Source of the DNA: Lytechinus pictus
Taxonomy: Eukaryota
NCBI RefSeq assembly: GCF_037042905.1
Contig: NC_087246.1
Coordinates: 50,220,001-50,284,000, forward strand
Length of the DNA: 64,000 nucleotides
Direction: 5' to 3'
Part shown: positions 12,601 through 25,000 of the stretch, piece after piece
Layout of the letters: every line of letters starts with the position of its first letter
Numbering within the stretch: the first letter of the stretch is position 1
Made by a program: the position numbers and the translations under genes
Notes under the pieces: model-generated
What the model was told of the DNA's origin: nothing
Seen by the model: the letters and a program-made list of their open reading frames with translations, nothing else
Database searches by the model: none

Positions 12601-15600
12601 TCCAGAGACATCATGTTTTCTGGTTGACTGTCCCTTCTGTTTTCGTTCTCGAGATAATTAAAAAAAATCATTTGTTTGACCGATCATTTTCAAACTGATT
12701 CCAAATATGCAATTATTAGGATGACAATGATCTGGGTCCCGTAACACAAAGTTAAGCGATCAATCGCTGAATGAATTGGCCTATTAGTATCATTGTTGCA
12801 TGCGCATTTTGATCAGTAGGCTGACTAGGAACCAATCAGAATGGCTCTTTCAAATTTACGATCAATTGCTAACCTTTGTGTTATGGGGCCCAGATTATGA
12901 TTTTGGGTATCAGGTTTACAAAGGCCATTGTATACCTACCTGAACGTACACCATTCTAATGATGACTAAAGAACTGTTTGAAGGTCTAACTTCAAACTTG
13001 GTTTTTGTTTTCGTATGGGGAAGGGGGGGGGGGAGATTGCTTCCACAAGTGGTAAAATATGTCTATTTCAGGAATTTCACTGAATGTTTGTTAAAAAAAA
13101 TAACCTTTATTTAAATCGGTAACAAAATCAATTTTTCCAATTTCTCGTTTGTCTTTGCATAATTCAGGAGCATGTGTGGACAGTTTAAGATTGCACGATG
13201 GAGAGTCCGACATGGCGTCACCTTTGACCCCAAAACTCTGCGGCCGACAATCCCTGTCCGAGGTGGTCTCAACCAGTAGCAATGTGACGTTTGTGTTTGA
13301 AACAGATGATACTGGGGTTAGCCTCGGATTTGGAATTCTGTACACAGTGTTTGAAGATGGTGAGTCATATACAGGTGGAGCTCGAGGTCTTTGAAGGGAC
13401 TGAAGTTTCATGTATCTGTGAAACAGGGCTTTGCTGTTACAGCTAGTGTACCTAGTATTCTACATAATGGTATTGCTGTATTTGAATCTACATGAAAATG
13501 TATACAGTTGTAGGGGTAAAAACACATTTTTAAAAATTTCGAGTTGTATTGTTCGAAACAAAAGAGGAGGGGGTGGGGGATTGAATGCAAACATTTCTAA
13601 GATTAACTGTGGTTTAAAACTTTAGAAGCTAAGGGAGATCTGGGGCTTGTTTCATAAAGGACCTGCAACTTTTGTAACTTTGCCATAATGGCAACTACCA
13701 TGGCAACAGGGCTCAGCAGCCAATCAGAATCAAGGTTACCATGGTAGTTGCCATAATGCCAAAGTTACAACAGTTGGAAGTCCTTTCTGAAACGGGCCCC
13801 AGATGCATCTGTTCCATGCAATTTTTATATAACATCTCATGGATAGACTGATGAAAAATAATCATTCAGGTTTTGAAAATTGAATTAATTCCATTCTTGT
13901 ACAAAGATAGCATGTCATCAGAAACTTTGTGCACTCTCAAGGGACTTTCGATATTTTTTTACCCTAGCTATAGCCTGACAGCCTTTTACAGAACACAAAC
14001 ATTTCAAGGAACTGATTCCTGCTGGGTAGCTATTTACCTTCCCTTGGGTCAAGTATAAAAAGTATAAAAAGGTAAAATTCATGAAATATGTGTCTGCCAA
14101 AATATTGGCCAGTAAAAGTATGCCAAAATATTGGCTAATAGATCTATGCCAAAAATCAGCCTTTTATAGAATGTGAATTTAACGATATAAGTGTAATGGT
14201 ATGGGCATATTAAATGATGAGAATTTAGTTGCATGTATATATGAAACCTAACATCCTTTTTCATTCACATTCTTCTTCAGCACCATGTTCAGCGGGTCAG
14301 TTTCAGTGTAACAACAGCCGGTGTATTGATTACTCTCTAATCTGTGATTCACTGGACAACTGTGGAGATAACAGTGATGAGGCACAATGCATGGGTAAGC
14401 AACTCAAATGTCTTCTTTTCTCCATGCTTCACAAAGTTACTTGTAATTCTTGCTTTGCCGTAGCAGAGGCAAATACTTTTGTGCTTTGCAGGTTTACATG
14501 GTGGTGAGACTAGATGACCAAGTTCTCAGATACACCATGTAAGCTAGTCGCGAAAAGGACTGTTGGGTGATCTTTCGGATAATAGTTCATCCACGTTTTG
14601 ACTCTGTTTTGAGCTACCAGAAGTATTGCCCATTACCCCATTAAGGCCACCATTCACATTACGACTGTTGTATGATCTGAGTTTAGGACAAACAGCATTT
14701 GTATTTTGCATATGCTCTTATTTAATTAAACAAACAGATCAAGAGGTTCAGAATAAGTTCTGCAATAAAACGAGTCTCATTGATCATAAGCCTCTAGTTT
14801 GGAGTAATGGCAAAATAGGCATTTCTATTTTAAGCTGATTCTATGAATGCTATGAAACCATTAATATTATGGATTTAAATTAAATTTTATGCCAATATGG
14901 AGGAATAAAATATCCATAAATTTCCACCCATTGATTTAGAACTTGGACGGTAGTATGTTCTGTGTTGTAAACTTTCCTCAAATGTTTTGATGTTTTATAT
15001 CTAATTAGGTCGTACATGTCATGTACCTACACAAGTCGTAAAATGTGCGGTGGTGTTTACTCATCATAATTAGTTTTTGTACTCTTCGGGAACTATTTGT
15101 ATGTCATGTTATAATATAGTGCTTTGGATTCTAATCAAATGATTGGCTGAAATCTATCACATGACCAGACTTTTTGTGTTAACTGAAGCTAAAATTTGCT
15201 AATGAGTGGTATTAATTAATAGCAAGTTCAATTGACCGGTTATGGTTTGGAGATGAGGATGGATTATCAAATAACAAGGACCCACATTTTTATAGTGATA
15301 ATGATTCACAGCAGTTGCACAGTGCTTTGAATCTGTTTGAATAACATTTTTGGATGCCTTCACACACAACTACCTGATAAACCATGTGTTTTGAGTGAAA
15401 CCTTGGAAGATCCAGAGACGTGGCAAATATTGCCATGTAACATTGTTTCCTATTGCCTTTCTCATCTCATTATCATTTCAATATGTTAAGCCTCTGGAGC
15501 TCCGATCACTACTTTTAGAAGTAAAGCGTTCAGCGCTTTATTATTTTTCCAAGTTTAAATCTAAACAATATTAATGTAATCCCAGTCCTCCCTCACTAAT

Positions 15601-15913
15601 ATATTTTTTATTGAAGCAAACACTCCATGTACTTATGTATGTTTACCTCATCAGTTTGAAACAATATCTATATACTTTTGGTCTTCTCTATTTACTTTGA
15701 TCAGATGTCATCGAAACATCCAGTGGTCTAACGCTAGGTCAGATTGTCCTCATCGCTCTCGGAGGCATCGTGGTCATTGTCATCGTCATCTTCATCGCCA
15801 GATCACTTGCACAGAAGATCCGCTCCAACAAGCTTGTGAAGCAGCTCAGAGCCGACATGGACAACTCCAGGGTGGACAACGAGTATAGCAATAAAGACTT
15901 CTGGGGCAAGTGA
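9647..15913 (+). CDS. Gene A: single-pass CUB + LDL-receptor class A + transmembrane protein, ~264 aa, 5 exons
   Basis: Exons 9647-9749, 12263-12439, 13168-13359, 14281-14394, 15705-15913. All introns are GT-AG and phase 1; total 795 nt. ATG lies in a CAAAATGG context. Exon 1 has a hydrophobic leader ([15 protein letters not shown]). Exons 2-3 encode a CUB domain ([42 protein letters not shown]). Exon 4 is a canonical LDLa ([35 protein letters not shown]). Exon 5 has a TM ([19 protein letters not shown]) and a short tail ending DFWGK*. Exon 1 is the least certain. Confidence 0.88.
11785..12050 (-). mobile_element. tRNA-derived SINE (sea urchin SURF-type)
   Basis: Minus strand has B-box GAGGTTCGAGCCC followed by GATGGTGATGTAAAAGGTCAGTCCCAGACGTAAATAATCATATCTGATTGATACACGTCTGAC and a (CA)n tract. 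The family name is from recall. Confidence 0.7.
12732..12893. mobile_element. ~160-bp CWG-flanked MITE (PIF/Harbinger-like)
   Basis: CTG-GGTCCCGTAACACAAAG ... CTTTGTGTTATGGGGCC-CAG. Similar elements at 13640-13802, 16419-16695, 32282-32439, 38479-38629, 39315-39501 and 44731-44960 (truncated). Confidence 0.75.
13640..13802. mobile_element. CWG-flanked palindromic MITE
   Basis: CTGGGGCTTGTTTCATAAAGGAC ... GTCCTTTCTGAAACGGGCCCCAG, with internal inverted arms. Confidence 0.8.
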
Positions 15914-18178
15914 TGGAGCAGGAATAGACATGACAGGCCTCTTGGGTAATTTAGCAAAGTGTAGTTGGCCCGCCAAAATGTGTAAGGAATCCAACGTTAA
16001 TAATGGTTGATCACACAAAATACACACACTTTACACAATTGAAATCATGTGTTTTGGGATATCATTTTTTTATAGGAATATTAATTTTTCCTCGAGACCC
16101 GATTTTCTTGAATTTTTTTTCAAGTTTCTCACAATATATATTTTGAATAGATATCATGGTTTACTTTGATATTAGCTCTGTAAAAATACCTTTGTATGTT
16201 TGTGTTTTGTTGGTTACCTAAATTGAAGAGTGAAGACCATGCAACTCAATGAATTTCTTCTGATTCCAGTAGTACCTGCTGCAGCGGATGCCTAGAATGG
16301 TAAATAATAATAATCTTTTGAAAGACTCCATACACAGTAAAAAATTGCAAACTGCTTTAAATCTTTGTAAGTGACTGGACATTCACAAGTACAAATTTGT
16401 CAGGTGAATTTACCAGGCCTGGGCCCCACCTTACTAAGAGTTAAGATTGATCCAATCAACCTCAACTGTATGGAAATCTATCATTGTCATAATTTTTTCT
16501 ACATGAACTTTGCACAATATCCTTAGTAAACAAAGAGAAGCACACTGAATTTTTAAGAAAACAATGAATGTAAGAATTTTTAGCATATCTAGAAAATATT
16601 TTGAACAACACATACAATTTAGATGTTGACGTTGCTGGCTTTCCATAGTAGTGGTTGATCACATCAATGGTAACTCTTCATAAGACGGGGCCTTGGAATT
16701 TACTGATGAGGCGCATCATAAAATTCCCCTGTGTTGGGAATGCTTCCCACGAAGTGATGAAAGTGGATGTAACAAATCTTATTTTTCAACAACATTAATA
16801 TCATGAAAGAGGGAAAGAAATTATTACCAATGTACATATGTAATGTTCATTTGGGTGGCTTGTGGCCTTTTGTGAAAGCTGTTACTTTTCTATCTAATAT
16901 ATCCTTTCATCTATGAATTTTATAGAAAGAAATATATATACTTGACAAATTATCAATCAAGTGCTTTTTGAAATCATACATATATATTGATTATTTTTTA
17001 TACTTGTATATAAATATTTTGCACTGGAAGTACTTTAGACCTCTTTGTCTTTCATACATTTATTTGCGATAATTGTGAATATACTTTAAGCATTCCTGGG
17101 TGTGCTGTTTGTCTTTCTATTTATTATTGTATCCGTCCAAACATCAATGTCAGTGAATCAATATAATATTGTTACATAGCTCAGTACAACCTAAAACATG
17201 TTGTTGTAGTGTGATGATAGTTTCATGATATATTTTTCTATAATATTTTGTAGAGAAATAAAGGAAGTCTTAATTTAGATCATGTACATAATTTAAATTG
17301 AACAAAAGTGTTGCATGTAGTACAAGTACATGCAGATAACACTTAATTGTGTTTAGTGTAAGATCATGCTCTAAGTAGATGGGTATTCATTAACTTGACT
17401 TTTAAGAATAGCTTACTCGTTTGAGATCACAGAAATTTGCCTGCAGTCGACTGAAACATGCTTCCCGTTCCGATCAGCCTTCAAGCTATCGCCTAAAGTT
17501 GATACTGCTGGAGGGAGGCAAAGCATGTCTTGTGGATGATCTAGATTTGTCCCGCTTTATTGAAAATTAGCTAGCTATGTTTGAAGTGAGGTTTTAGAAG
17601 AATTATTTTTTGGGGGGGATTGAAATTAAGCGTTCGTTCCACCATCTTTACATAATTTTATGCAACTGGTGTGATGGCACCTGCTATATACAAGTTATTT
17701 TTTATGAAAAGTTTGTTATTAATGGTAGCTATACTCTGGTAACAGGTCTTAGCAGCCAGTGAAATCAACATTTCCTGTTAGTTACCAAGACAGTAAAGCT
17801 ACTATAATAGTATTCAACGGGACCCTATTATGTAATACGGCTGTTATAGACAAGGAAAAGCATGCTATTCTTGAATTTCAAAATGCTGTCTTATAGATGC
17901 ATGTTTCTACATGAAAATAATTGGAGATATCGAATTTGTCTTTCTGCTTTGTACACAAACATGAGATATTCATATTAAAAGTTTGTTTTACAAATTACAC
18001 TTAGACACAAGTCTATTCCTTGTAAGTGTTAAGCCTGCATTCCTAACACTGAACACCATCTATTCCCCTCTTCTTTTACCCGATTTAGTTGATCAAAGAA
18101 GGAAACAAAAGTGAATATAGGTGGAGAAAAGGGTATAGACAAGCAGTAAGAGAGATATAGCAAGAGGTGATACTGTAA

Positions 18179-18262
18179 GGCCCGAATTCACAAAGGTGGT
18201 TTCTGCAAAACCCACGGTTGAAACCATGGTTTCTGCAGAAACCACCTTTGTGAATTCGGGCC
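18179..18262. mobile_element. 84-bp palindromic MITE
   Basis: GGCCCGAATTCACAAAGGTGGTTTCTGCA / TGCAGAAACCACCTTTGTGAATTCGGGCC is a perfect 29-bp inverted repeat. Confidence 0.85.
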
Positions 18263-19088
18263 AAAGAGTATCATGTGTATGTCTGTGTGGGGAAGGGATA
18301 TGTGTCCGAGAGAGAGAGATTTGGAGAAAGGGAACAAAAGAACGAGAGAGAGATAAAGAGGAGAGAAAGAGTCAGAGAAGATAAAGAGGAGAGCAAGGTG
18401 GAGATGGAATGATTCTGTGATATTTCACCACATCTGCCCCCTTTCCTCACACAGCCACAGGTTTGACTTTGCACCTTTAATGTCATTACTTACTGTGAAA
18501 GCTGAAGACCAATGTCCCAAAGGGAGCAATTTTATATTGAAACTGCATCTTTCACAAAGAAAAGCACTTTTAAATGAGCTCTCGGTGTGGCATTGGCAAA
18601 GGTGCAAAGTTTAACCTAGCACACTTTATCATCTCTACCTCTCTATTGGGCAGTGTTATTGCTTCAACTATTACCATACCTTACTATTGTATACATTGTC
18701 AGCAAACAAGCACATTGCAAATCTCAAAGAATATCTTTTATTCCAAATATACTAGTTTATTACAACGTTTTGCTCTTTACAAATGAATGATCAAATTTGA
18801 TAATCTTCACAAATCAGTGATAAAAGTTGGATATATTTTTGGTCCTGTCTTTGTAAGGTTTAACTATGGGTGTATAATGCTTACATTTACCATTTACAAT
18901 GTTTCTTTCAAATCAACCGATCTTTCGTTCGAACTTCAAAGTTCTTGCTCAAATTTCCCAAAGGAAAGGATGAAGAATATATGTACATATATTTGGAAAT
19001 ATGGAAATATATACTAGTCCTGTATATATTATAGGTAATTGCAAATTTGCATAAATCTTCAATTTAATCAGTTTATCTTCCTTTTTTC

Positions 19089-22000
19089 TCATCGAGCCTC
19101 TCGAGCATGCCCTCCATCCCAGTCTTTCTGATAGTCCTCCATGAGAGAAGGGGTAATAAGAGTTGATGGTGGGGGTAAAATGGTGTCCTCGTGGTAGATA
19201 CCAAAAGCCATTGGTTGTATCCTCCCTTGTTCCTCTGACGGGGGAAGTATAACCCCGTCTTTATAGAGTTGTGGCCTGGGACCATATTGGGGTACGATCA
19301 AATCTTCCTTGTATAAGGATGGACGGATAGCATCGGGGGGCAACATCAAACCCTCACGTTGGAGTCGTGGTCTTTCCCCCGCACCGGGTGGTAACATTAC
19401 CCCCTCACGTTCAAGCCTTGGTCTATCTCCCGCGTCAGGGGGTAACATCAGCCCCTCTTTGTGGAGCCCAGGTCGCTGGAGCGGGGTCATGCTGGAATTT
19501 GATCCTTGACTTGGATGTCGATTTGATCTCCGATCGTTTGAGGAGCAACATCGACAGCACCGACAGCAAAAGCATCCTCCTGATACATCATCGTCGTCGT
19601 CGTCCTCGTGGTCTGCATCGTGGTATTGCATCCCGTCTTGGTGACCCACTCCTAGCCCACTCTTCTTTCCTTGAGATCCTTTGTTATACCTGCGGGACTT
19701 TCCGCAGCATTTTGAATTGGCGCCCTTGCAGCACCCATACCAGAGGTTCCGACAACATCCGAGTCTCCAGATGATGTAGCCCGGTCGCCATAGCAACCAA
19801 TAGAGGATGAACGCCATCAAGAGAGCGCCAATGATGCCGAGCAGGACCCAGAGCCATAGGTATGATTCGGATTCGGTTGAATCGTCAGATTCTTAAAATG
19901 GGATTAAAAAATAGGAGAAAAAGGATTAGACAACTGCATGCCGCAGGGCTGTGTTACATGGGGCAAGGGACGCGTCCCTCTTTGATTACTTAAGTAGTGA
20001 AATATTATTTTGATAAAAAAACGGAGGGGGGGGTAAGAAAAAGGAAAACTGACCATCAAAAAGTGGTCAGCGTGTGGGATTCTGAAAAAAATGACGTCAG
20101 CTTAAGATCGTATTTCTGCCCCACTTAGGTACCCTGGCTCCACCCTGAATGTACAGTATTAAAAACATTAGGAATGCAATTTGAAAATCCTCAGATTAAA
20201 TGGAAATGTCGGAGAAGATCACTTAAATGTTGATAAAAACGGATAATTCTTCAACAAGACGATATCTGGAGAGAAGGGGATAACTTAGAATGTTGAATAT
20301 GTTACCAATTTCATCGCCATCATCTGTGTATAGCAATGTTTATCTTTTGTTTTTATTCACATTCATTTATTCATCTTTATTTCCGTTACCCCGGCCAACA
20401 TTTCTTGTATGTTTTCCTCAGACTTTTAATAGTCTACGAGATCATTCTGCAAGGACTGTTCTCAAGGATGAGATTGTCATTACCTTGTACGAGTATGAAA
20501 TTGTAAAAAAGGAAGTTTTTGTAACAAAGATTTCAGTTTTACCAGAGCAGAATGCTGGTTCTTGGATGAATTGGTCTGAATTGTCGCCACAGTTGTTGGC
20601 GAAATCACAGCGGACAGAGCGCGGCACGCATCGTCCGTTGTTGCATCTCAGCTCAGTGACATCGTCATCACATGCGCCTGAAAAGGAAAATAAAGTTCAT
20701 TGGATTCTACTGCTGGAAAGAAAAATTTCGAGATGATGTACCGACTCTTGATGTAATAAGGATGGGAGAAAAAGTAGTATAATTATGGAATAAAGGTCTC
20801 GTTTCATTATTGAGATTGGGAAGAATGGGCAGAAAAAGAAGAATGTCCGCTTGCCATCATTTTAAAATACATCGTAGTCGATAATGTTACTCCGTGATGG
20901 CAGCACGATGGTAGAGACCTTCTTCAACAATAGACTGTCTTCCGAACTTCCTTTCTAGCTGTATGTCCCACTTCATCTCACCCTTCTTTTTTTCATTTGT
21001 TTTGAGGATTCTCACTTTACTCTTCCTTCTTCGTCCTCTCTTAATTTCGTCTTCTGATCTCGTTTTTTCCCCTTCTTTTTCGTGTTCTTCTAGTTCCAGT
21101 TGTTTTTGTCTTCTTTTTGTCTTTTTTTATTCTTCCCCTTCTCCTTATCATTCTTCCCATGGGCGGAAATCCCAGGGGGACAGGGGGGACGTGTCCCCCT
21201 ACTAAAAAATGGTAGGGGGACACAATATCAAATGTCCCCCTACTATTTCTGGTCTTTTATGATGGTAAGAAATTCATCATTCAAAATCGAAATAAAACAT
21301 GTATTTTAAGACGAGATGACCTAACTTTTGGGATGATAACCTTTTTTTTTTTTGCTTGTCAAATTTTCCAGCCCCTTGTCCCCCTACCTTTTGGAAGAGA
21401 TTTCCGCCCCTGATTCTTCCGCTTCTCTTTTTTTTTCTTCTTCCTCATTCTTCGTCTTTATCACCATCATCATCTTCTTCTCCTCTTCCTCCTCCTCCCC
21501 CTTCTTCTTCTTGTAATTTCTCTCCTTCTTTCTTGTGACGTATTCTTGTTCATCTTCTTCATTGTTCAGACTGGGGAAGGACAGGCGAAAAGAGAAGAGT
21601 GTCCGCTTGCCGACTTTTCTTTACCCAGTTGACTTGCGTCAGTAACACTTATAATCTGCGTTTGTTCCCTTCAGTGGAATAATGAAATAATGATGTAAGA
21701 CTAGAATCAAGGGCGGATCCAGGATTTTCTAAGGGGGGGGGGGGCACATTTTCCCGAGGAAAAATTTGACAACCAATAAAAAAAGAAAAAAAAGGCCTTC
21801 AATTTCAAGGGTGGGGGCACACTTGTGTTTTAACGGCAATTTTACATTCCAAATTTTCATTGTGCCTCTCAAAAGGGGGGCACGGGCCGGCTGCGCCCCC
21901 CACCTGGATCCGCTAGTGACTATAGAATGCTATTGAAATGAACTCTTTGCAATGCGGGGAGCAACAAAGATAGAAAATATCACTTCTCTTCATGCAGGTA

Positions 22001-25000
22001 GGACTAGGAGGTAAAGGCTGAAACAGGCGGAAATATCATATTTCCTTTTACAATACTCGTAGTATATCATGTCAACAATATTTAAAAAAAGTAGAAATCA
22101 TAACCAGCAAAAGAATGTTGGATTTGTCAGTGGAGAGACATGTAATCTGACTTTTGAAAAATACTAATTATTATCTTTACCAGTGGCGTCATTTACCAGC
22201 AATTTTGAGGGGGTGAATGTTTTTTTGTACGCGATGCACTATTTGCGAGAGAGAGAAAGAAAAGCGAGATAAAACTATTAGTTGAATTGCGAATAGTTTT
22301 AATAATCTATTTGGCACGCAAAATATATTAGATTTACTATGTTGAAAATACAATACAATGATTTGAAAATAATAACAACCAGTAGATCAGTGCTTTTACC
22401 ATTATCAAATGAAGTGACGAGGAGTGTGATGTTGGCCGCGGCTGATTCGTTGAGAGCGAGCCTGATTGTCAAGAACTGACCAGTAGACTCGAAGCTTACC
22501 GGAGTCTCTGTGCCGCAGTATCGACCAATCAGCTCGTCCGTCTCAGAGTCATCTCCATCCCATATCATCAGAGAGGATCTTCTGCAACCTTGTCCGTCTG
22601 GTATACTTGGGTTANNNNNNNNNNNNNNNNNNNNNNNNNNNNNNNNNNNNNNNNNNNNNNNNNNNNNNNNNNNNNNNNNNNNNNNNNNNNNNNNNNNNNN
22701 NNNNNNNNNNNNNNNNNNNNNNNNNNNNNNNNNNNNNNNNNNNNNNNNNNNNNNNNNNNNNNNNNNNNNNNTTTTCATATTCGTATTCAATGTTTGAAGG
22801 GGCACACCGGTGAAGCATTTTGCGTCTCTATCAAAATAGTTCATACTATAAAAAATTTCCAAATATCATTAATATTGTACAACCCTGATATGAAGATTCA
22901 ACAATGACGTAAAATATGAAAATCAATGAGTCACTATTTTATCTAGAGTAGCTGGAGTAGGCAATGATAATTATTGTACTTCAAATTACAGAGGCTGAAC
23001 GCAAACATTAGCCCCACCCCACCCCACCCCCCCCCCAAGAAAAAAAAGGTCACAATCTTCACGATCTTTGATCTTTTCAACTGCTGATATTTTGTCTAGG
23101 TAATGTAATTGACATGATTATGCCCAAACGATGAAAGAGAAATAAATTTAATTTATTAAAATTCCCGACCTAATTGGTGCCCTCAAAGCTACGATCACTT
23201 ATCCCTCAGTCACATTTCCCCTTCGGCGAGTAGAAAAAACGGCCGTTTTAACATTCTTTTGTACCAGCTACATGTACGTGATTTGAATAAAAATGATTCA
23301 AACGGCCGTTTTAGACTCGCCATACGGCCGCCCTAGGGAAAATGTGACTGGATATAAATTAGCAATGGGCATATCCCAAAGCAGGACATCCAATTTGACA
23401 AACATTACGAAGAAATAATAATGGGTAGACAACTTAATCCAGCGGAGAATATATTACCGCCAATTAATATCATAAAGAAAGGCCTTTTTATCTTGTTTGT
23501 TATCATGAAGAAAATCCTTTAAAAAAACAAATAGCCCGATGTATTTAAACTTTTTGAGGAAATCTGGGATATCGACACTCGGATATTCAATTTGACATGC
23601 ACGCAAGCAAACATTACCACAAGGTAGAACTTGCTTTATAGACTTGATCAGCAATGTGGTTTTGGCCTATTGTGTTATTGTTTATCATTTATTCCACATG
23701 TTTATTCAAAAGTAATATAAATCATTATTTATCAAGTAAGCTTGAAGATTGATTATCATTATAATTGCTTGGTTTTGATTTATTGATATCATGGATTATC
23801 GTCTATTTGAAAAGTGATGACTTTTACTGGTGNNNNNNNNNNNNNNNNNNNNNNNNNNNNNNNNNNNNNNNNNNNNNNNNNNNNNNNNNNNNNNNNNNNN
23901 NNNNNNNNNNNNNNNNNNNNNNNNNNNNNNNNNNNNNNNNNNNNNNNNNNNNNNNNNNNNNNNNNNNNNNNNNNNNNNNNNNNNNNNNNNNNNNNNNNNN
24001 NNNNNNNNNNNNNNNNNNNNNNNNNNNNNNNNNNNNNNNNNNNNNNNNNNNNNNNNNNNNNNNNNNNNNNNNNNNNNNNNNNNNNNNNNNNNNNNNNNNN
24101 NNNNNNNNNNNNNNNNNNNNNNNNNNNNNNNNNNNNNNNNNNNNNNNNNNNNNNNNNNNNNNNNNNNNNNNNNNNNNNNNNNNNNNNNNNNNNNNNNNNN
24201 NNNNNNNNNNNNNNNNNNNNNNNNNNNNNNNNNNNNNNNNNNNNNNNNNNNNNNNNNNNNNNNNNNNNNNNNNNNNNNNNNNNNNNNNNNNNNNNNNNNN
24301 NNNNNNNNNNNNNNNNNNNNNNNNNNNNNNNNNNNNNNNNNNNNNNNNNNNNNNNNNNNNNNNNNNNNNNNNNNNNNNNNNNNNNNNNNNNNNNNNNNNN
24401 NNNNNNNNNNNNNNNNNNNNNNNNNNNNNNNNNNNNNNNNNNNNNNNNNNNNNNNNNNNNNNNNNNNNNNNNNNNNNNNNNNNNNGATCAATATTTTGGA
24501 GTGAGCGGCAATTAAAAGTTACAAAAAAATGCCCAAATTATAATACAGAATTTTCATGGGGTGATCACGGGTAGGGGAGGGGGCTATTTCAATTGATTAA
24601 TTTAACATTACATCATGATGGAAAGCATGTACCTTCGAGTAGGAATGGTGGAACGAAGACGGCAGCGATCATCTGGTTTGATTTGAGAGCCTGGACGACC
24701 ACGGTGCAATCCTGAGGGCCCGTGATGTTCTCGAAGGTTGCTGACGTCACAATAAAGCTAGCGTCCTTTTTCTGAAGACTTGCATCACAGACGCTTGTCA
24801 AAACAACTTCATACGGCATAATCAAAGAGAAAGGGATTATCAAAAATATTGCTAAATTTTCAGAATAAAATGAACTTAGAATTGTATGATAACGCTCTGA
24901 CATACGGAGTTAAATCTGATCAAAATCTTATATCCTAGGGGAGAAGGTGCAGGGAGGTTTTTGATATCTCATCAAATTCAAATAAAAAGAAGAGGTCTCT

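Noticed and set aside
19309-19774. Plus-strand ORFs of 66 and 135 aa
   Set aside because: Antisense shadows of the last exon of gene B.
22510-24574. Long ORFs made of X residues
   Set aside because: Artefacts of N gaps; only the minus-strand CUB exon 22400-22614 is real.
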